From: Bacteroidota bacterium
GTDB taxonomy: Bacteria; Bacteroidota; Bacteroidia; Bacteroidales; CAIXZF01
Length of the DNA stretch: 64,000 nt
Assembly: GCA_022709385.1 (NCBI GenBank)
Contig: JAKLIX010000020.1
Coordinates: forward strand, 12,578 to 76,577
Direction of reading: 5' to 3'
In this document: positions 60,692-64,000 of the stretch, one piece after another
How positions within the stretch are numbered: position 1 is the first letter of the stretch
Layout of the letters: each line of letters starts with the position of its first letter
Notes under the pieces: generated by a model
What the model was told of the DNA's origin: nothing
Databases searched by the model: none
What the model saw: only the letters and a program-made list of their open reading frames with translations
Made by a program: the position numbers and the translations under genes

Positions 60692-61822
60692 ATGCCTGTC
60701 AAAATACTGAAGGTACAAACAAAGGCGGAGCTCAGAAAGTTCATCCGCCTGCCGGCTGCAATCAACCGTCACCGTCCAAACTGGCTGCCACCCCTCTGGC
60801 TTGATGAGTGGCAATTCTTCGATAATCAGAAGAATACATCATTCCGCCACTGCGATACCCTGATGCTGCTTGCCCTTCGGAACGCTAAGCCCCGTGGCAG
60901 GATTATGGGTATCATCCACCGGAAATACAATGAACTGCATGATGAAAAAACGGCCCGTTTTGCCTTCCTCGAATGTTACAACGAGCCCGAAGTGTCACAT
61001 GCCCTCATCACAGCAGTCGAAAACTGGGCAATTGAGCATGGAATGGAAAAAATCATCGGCCCTTACGGCTTCTCGGATAAAGACCCGCAGGGACTGCTGA
61101 TCAGCGGCTTTGAGCATCCCCCTGTGATCGCTTCTCCCTGTAACCCTGAGTATATGCCTGCTCTGGTCGAAAGGGAAGGCTATGGTAAGGAAGTGGATTG
61201 TAATATGTTCCTGTTCAGCCTGGAAACTCCCCTGCCGGAAGTCTACCGCAGGATCGCACAGCGTTGTGCTGCCAATCCCGAATACCGCCTGCTGGAACTC
61301 ACCGGCAAACGTGACCTGAAATCCTTTATCGTTCCCATCCTCGAAATGGTAAATGAGACCTATAAGGATATCTATGGATTTGTACCTCTGCAAAATGATG
61401 AAATGCAGGCGCTTGCTTCACGATACATGCCCGTGATCAATCCCCGCTTTGTCAAAATCATCCTGCACCACGGTCAGGTGGTCGCATTCATCCTCGGTAT
61501 TCCTAACATGACAAAAGGCATACAGCGTAGCCGCGGACGACTTTTCCCCTTGGGTTTGTTTCATATCTGGTGGGCCGGCCGGGTCAGCAGAAAGCTTGAT
61601 CTTATGCTCGGAGGGGTGCTGCCTCAACACCAGGGGAAAGGACTGGAGGTTTACATGTCCATGAAACTGATCAGTTCAGCCCTCGAAGCGGATTATAATA
61701 TGTTTGAGGTACACCTGGTACTGGAAACCAACCGTCCCATGCAGGCAGAGATGGAAAGAGCCGGCGCCAGGGCTCACAAGAGCTTCAGAGTCTATGCAAA
61801 GTCCCTCCATCCCCGCCCGTAA
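60692..61822 (+). CDS. GNAT-like N-acetyltransferase family protein (hypothetical)
   Basis: The N-terminus MPVKILKVQTKAELRKFIRLPAAINRHRPNWLPPL resembles a conserved GNAT-fold family. The ATG at 60692 is preferred over the GTG at 60644. The assignment is tentative. Confidence 0.6.
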   Translation: MPVKILKVQTKAELRKFIRLPAAINRHRPNWLPPLWLDEWQFFDNQKNTSFRHCDTLMLLALRNAKPRGRIMGIIHRKYNELHDEKTARFAFLECYNEPEVSHALITAVENWAIEHGMEKIIGPYGFSDKDPQGLLISGFEHPPVIASPCNPEYMPALVEREGYGKEVDCNMFLFSLETPLPEVYRRIAQRCAANPEYRLLELTGKRDLKSFIVPILEMVNETYKDIYGFVPLQNDEMQALASRYMPVINPRFVKIILHHGQVVAFILGIPNMTKGIQRSRGRLFPLGLFHIWWAGRVSRKLDLMLGGVLPQHQGKGLEVYMSMKLISSALEADYNMFEVHLVLETNRPMQAEMERAGARAHKSFRVYAKSLHPRP

Positions 61823-61846
61823 AGACGCGATTCATCGCGTCTCCTG
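61816..61846 (-). repeat. REP-like hairpin copy B (AGACGCGA-ttca-TCGCGTCT)
   Basis: This 31-nt unit is identical to 61877-61907 and overlaps the stop codon of the upstream CDS. On the minus strand it matches copy A at 26 of 31 positions. Confidence 0.85.
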
Positions 61847-61876
61847 CCTCAAGACACACATAGCCCCCCTCCCCTC

Positions 61877-61907
61877 CCCGTAAAGACGCGATTCATCGCG
61901 TCTCCTG
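61877..61907 (-). repeat. REP-like hairpin copy C
   Basis: An exact 31-nt direct repeat of copy B lies 61 nt downstream of it. On the minus strand it is followed by GGGGAGGGGAGGGGGG. Confidence 0.85.
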
Positions 61908-61946
61908 TTGCCAGATACACTTAGTCTCATCTCCTGACACAAGTAC

Positions 61947-62213
61947 ATGAAAACACCCTCCCCCTCCACCGATCCAACCCCCGTCGAAGTGTTCTGCGGA
62001 ACCCCCTGGCAGGCTGGTATGGTGAAGTCCATGCTTGAATCTGCAGGGATCGATGCCTATCTGCAGGATATGATCATGGGAACCATGAATCCTTGGTGGA
62101 CAGCTCCCGGCGGAGCCGGTGCCGTCCGCCTCTTTGTGGCCTCAACCGATGCTGCAGAAGCAAAAAGCATTGTTGAGGATTACGAAAACAACCTAAGGGA
62201 TTCTGAAAAATAA
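61947..62213 (+). CDS. DUF2007-like small protein (putative signal-transduction fold)
   Basis: 88-aa ORF with a pattern typical of DUF2007 (VFCGTPWQAGMVKSMLESAGIDAYL). The assignment is tentative. Confidence 0.6.
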   Translation: MKTPSPSTDPTPVEVFCGTPWQAGMVKSMLESAGIDAYLQDMIMGTMNPWWTAPGGAGAVRLFVASTDAAEAKSIVEDYENNLRDSEK

Positions 62214-62365
62214 TCACTTTTCCAATTTGCCCGGATATCATCAAGCAGTGTGGCCATGCCGGTTAAATATCACAGAAGAGTTTTTTATCATTTGTATATT
62301 TGCTGCATGCCGGTGGTTTTCCTGTTTATTGCCGGGCTATCGTAATTGATTTGTAAACCAGCCCC

Positions 62366-63322
62366 ATGCTCCATACCAGCCTCCGTGTTACCGAAACCAT
62401 CCTCGCTTTTGCCCTGGTAGTCTTGCTGGTGGTGTTTCTGAAACGAAAAAACATTATCGGCAATGCCGAGATAAAGCCGCTTTCACGCCTGATGACCACT
62501 GCCGTATTGCCAGCCGTGATCTTCCTGCAGTTGTCCATGACGCCCATCGCTTCTCAGCAGTTTGTGCTGGTGATGATCATGTTTATATCGGGACTGGTCA
62601 GCATGATCGTTGCCTGGGGGGTTGGCTTAATCATCGGCCTGAAACGCGAGACCGTCGGCATGCTGATGATCACCTCCACTTTTGGCTCCTCAGCCCTCAT
62701 CGGTTATCCGATGATAGCATTCACTTTCCCGGGCAATGTGAAGGCCATGTCTGATGCCATTCTCATCAGCGAGTTGGGGGTGGGATTGCCTATCTTCACC
62801 CTCTGTCCCATGGTGGCAGCGTATTTCGGCCAGGCGAACGAAGGAGGAAATTCTATCTTTAAGGTACTGCTCGCTTACCTGCGTTCACCCATTTTTATCT
62901 CAGTCGTGGCCGGTATCCTCATGTCATTCTTTCCGCAGGTAGTGAATCAGCCTGTACTCGATCCTTTCTGGGAAGCGCTTCGCATGATACAGGGAACACT
63001 TACGGTGATGGCTTGTCTGATTCTCGGTTTGCAGCTTCGTTTTCATCATGCCCGTCGCCTGATCCCGCTCTTTGTAATCTCTGTCCTTATTCAGATGGGT
63101 CTCCAGCCATTCCTGGTATCCTGGAGCGCCGGCATGATGAACGTAGAACTGCTCGATAAACAGGTGCTGATCCTGATCGCCGCCATGCCCGCCGCTGTGT
63201 TAAGCACCGTGTTCACAGCCCGTTATGATTGTGACGCGGAATCCGCCTCTTCCCTTGTATTCCTCAATATCATCGCCAGTCTTGTCGGTATCCCCCTGGT
63301 GTATTACACGATGTTCCACTGA
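62366..63322 (+). CDS. AEC (auxin efflux carrier) family transporter
   Basis: 318-aa ORF with about 10 transmembrane segments in an AEC-like arrangement. An in-frame stop at 62354 rules out a longer N-terminus. Confidence 0.75.
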   Translation: MLHTSLRVTETILAFALVVLLVVFLKRKNIIGNAEIKPLSRLMTTAVLPAVIFLQLSMTPIASQQFVLVMIMFISGLVSMIVAWGVGLIIGLKRETVGMLMITSTFGSSALIGYPMIAFTFPGNVKAMSDAILISELGVGLPIFTLCPMVAAYFGQANEGGNSIFKVLLAYLRSPIFISVVAGILMSFFPQVVNQPVLDPFWEALRMIQGTLTVMACLILGLQLRFHHARRLIPLFVISVLIQMGLQPFLVSWSAGMMNVELLDKQVLILIAAMPAAVLSTVFTARYDCDAESASSLVFLNIIASLVGIPLVYYTMFH

Positions 63323-63357
63323 TTTTATCACTGATAATTAATTATCTCTAAAGAACG

Positions 63358-63768
63358 ATGCAAAAAAAATTGTCTTCAACATTGCTCATGCTGCTGTTCC
63401 TCTTCATTGCAGCAGCCTGCCGGAAAAATGATGACTGTGCGGATTGCGCTCCCTCCCGCACAGATCTTCTCGGTACCTGGACCGTTACCCAAACCAATGA
63501 GCAAGGTGCCCAATTCGATGTAGAACTGACATTCAATCAGGACAATACCTTCCTGTGGGAGGTAACGGACACTTCTTCCGGACACATCAGTACATCAGCA
63601 GCTTACGCGCTTAGCAATGAAATCCTGACTTTTAAGTCTGACCCGGACTGTAATTTCGACGGATTATATTACGTGTACCTGAAAGGAAACAAACTGGCCA
63701 TCATGCTCAGGGAAGACAGTTGTGCCCCCAGGGTTCAGGGACTCGAGTGGGTTTGGACCAGGAAGTGA
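63358..63768 (+). CDS. Hypothetical lipoprotein (lipocalin-like size)
   Basis: 136-aa ORF with a lipoprotein signal (LLMLLFLFIAAAC). Confidence 0.6.
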   Translation: MQKKLSSTLLMLLFLFIAAACRKNDDCADCAPSRTDLLGTWTVTQTNEQGAQFDVELTFNQDNTFLWEVTDTSSGHISTSAAYALSNEILTFKSDPDCNFDGLYYVYLKGNKLAIMLREDSCAPRVQGLEWVWTRK

Positions 63769-63816
63769 CAGGGAATTCTTAGCTTTTCGTTCCGGATTTC
63801 TTTGTATCTTCAACCC

Positions 63817-64000
63817 ATGGAACGGATCACCTCTTGTTTCTTGTCCCCCCTCGGATGGCTCAAGCTGCAGAGCAATGGTCATACCCTGCTGAGTATCAGT
63901 TTTGAAGGACTACCCGGGCTCAGCGAAGACCATCCCTTTCACCGGCAGTGCCACATCGAATTATTGCAGTATTTTCACGGGCAACGCTTTCAGTTCGACT
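63817..64000 (+). CDS. ogt: Methylated-DNA-protein-cysteine methyltransferase, N-terminal part (3'-truncated by the window edge)
   Basis: Hand translation from ATG 63817 gives MERITSCFLSPLGWLKLQSNGHTLLSISFEG...ELLQYFHGQRFQFD. This fits the Ada/Ogt N-terminal domain pattern. The frame is still open at the window end. Confidence 0.6.
   Translation, partial: MERITSCFLSPLGWLKLQSNGHTLLSISFEGLPGLSEDHPFHRQCHIELLQYFHGQRFQFD

Overview
This is a chromosomal segment with Bacteroidota-like organisation: no tuf between fusA and rpsJ, a Cys-poor L36, a fused alpha/beta E1 dehydrogenase, GWxTD and DUF4369-type proteins, and a TAnnTTTG-type promoter box. Bases 1-18,090 hold an uninterrupted str/S10/spc/alpha ribosomal supercluster of 33 genes on the + strand, from rpsL (cut by the window edge) to rplQ. 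It includes fusA, secY, map, infA, rpoA and rpmJ; rpmJ is missing from the ORF track because it is only 38 codons. The cluster ends in a clear intrinsic terminator and is followed by eno. The rest is mostly housekeeping:
- a periplasmic redox and folding group (TlpA-like oxidoreductase, FKBP isomerase, glutathione peroxidase)
- MnmC-type methyltransferase, Nudix hydrolase, ROK kinase and a sugar MFS transporter
- ornithine cyclodeaminase, acylphosphatase and a fused E1 dehydrogenase
- a PadR-PspC pair, RlmB, a GWxTD protein, RmuC and ComEC
- an ABC-2 exporter, SpoIID, LpxB, SurE, Maf, a UbiA prenyltransferase, KdsC and a CcsA/CcmF-type cytochrome c biogenesis protein

I found no rRNA, tRNA, CRISPR array, transposase or integrase, and no obvious multi-gene novel system. 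The features most worth follow-up are:
1. A single 1611-aa ORF encoding two complete UvrA-like units that both lack the UvrB-binding domain. It has four ABC modules, and one composite ATP site looks degenerate.
2. A roughly 100-nt repeat in two copies with conserved stems, possibly a structured RNA.
3. A GC-rich hairpin family with G-run tails, in three copies.
4. Paired 15-bp CCATGTGNCACATGG palindromes with identical 21-bp spacing at two unlinked loci.
5. A 48-bp perfect palindrome.
6. G-poor arrays of degenerate repeats with an 8-bp period in three spacers.
7. A frameshifted DUF2400 gene.
8. A rubrerythrin-like protein that appears to have lost its diiron ligands.

All functional calls rest on motif and family recognition by eye. 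No database searches were run.
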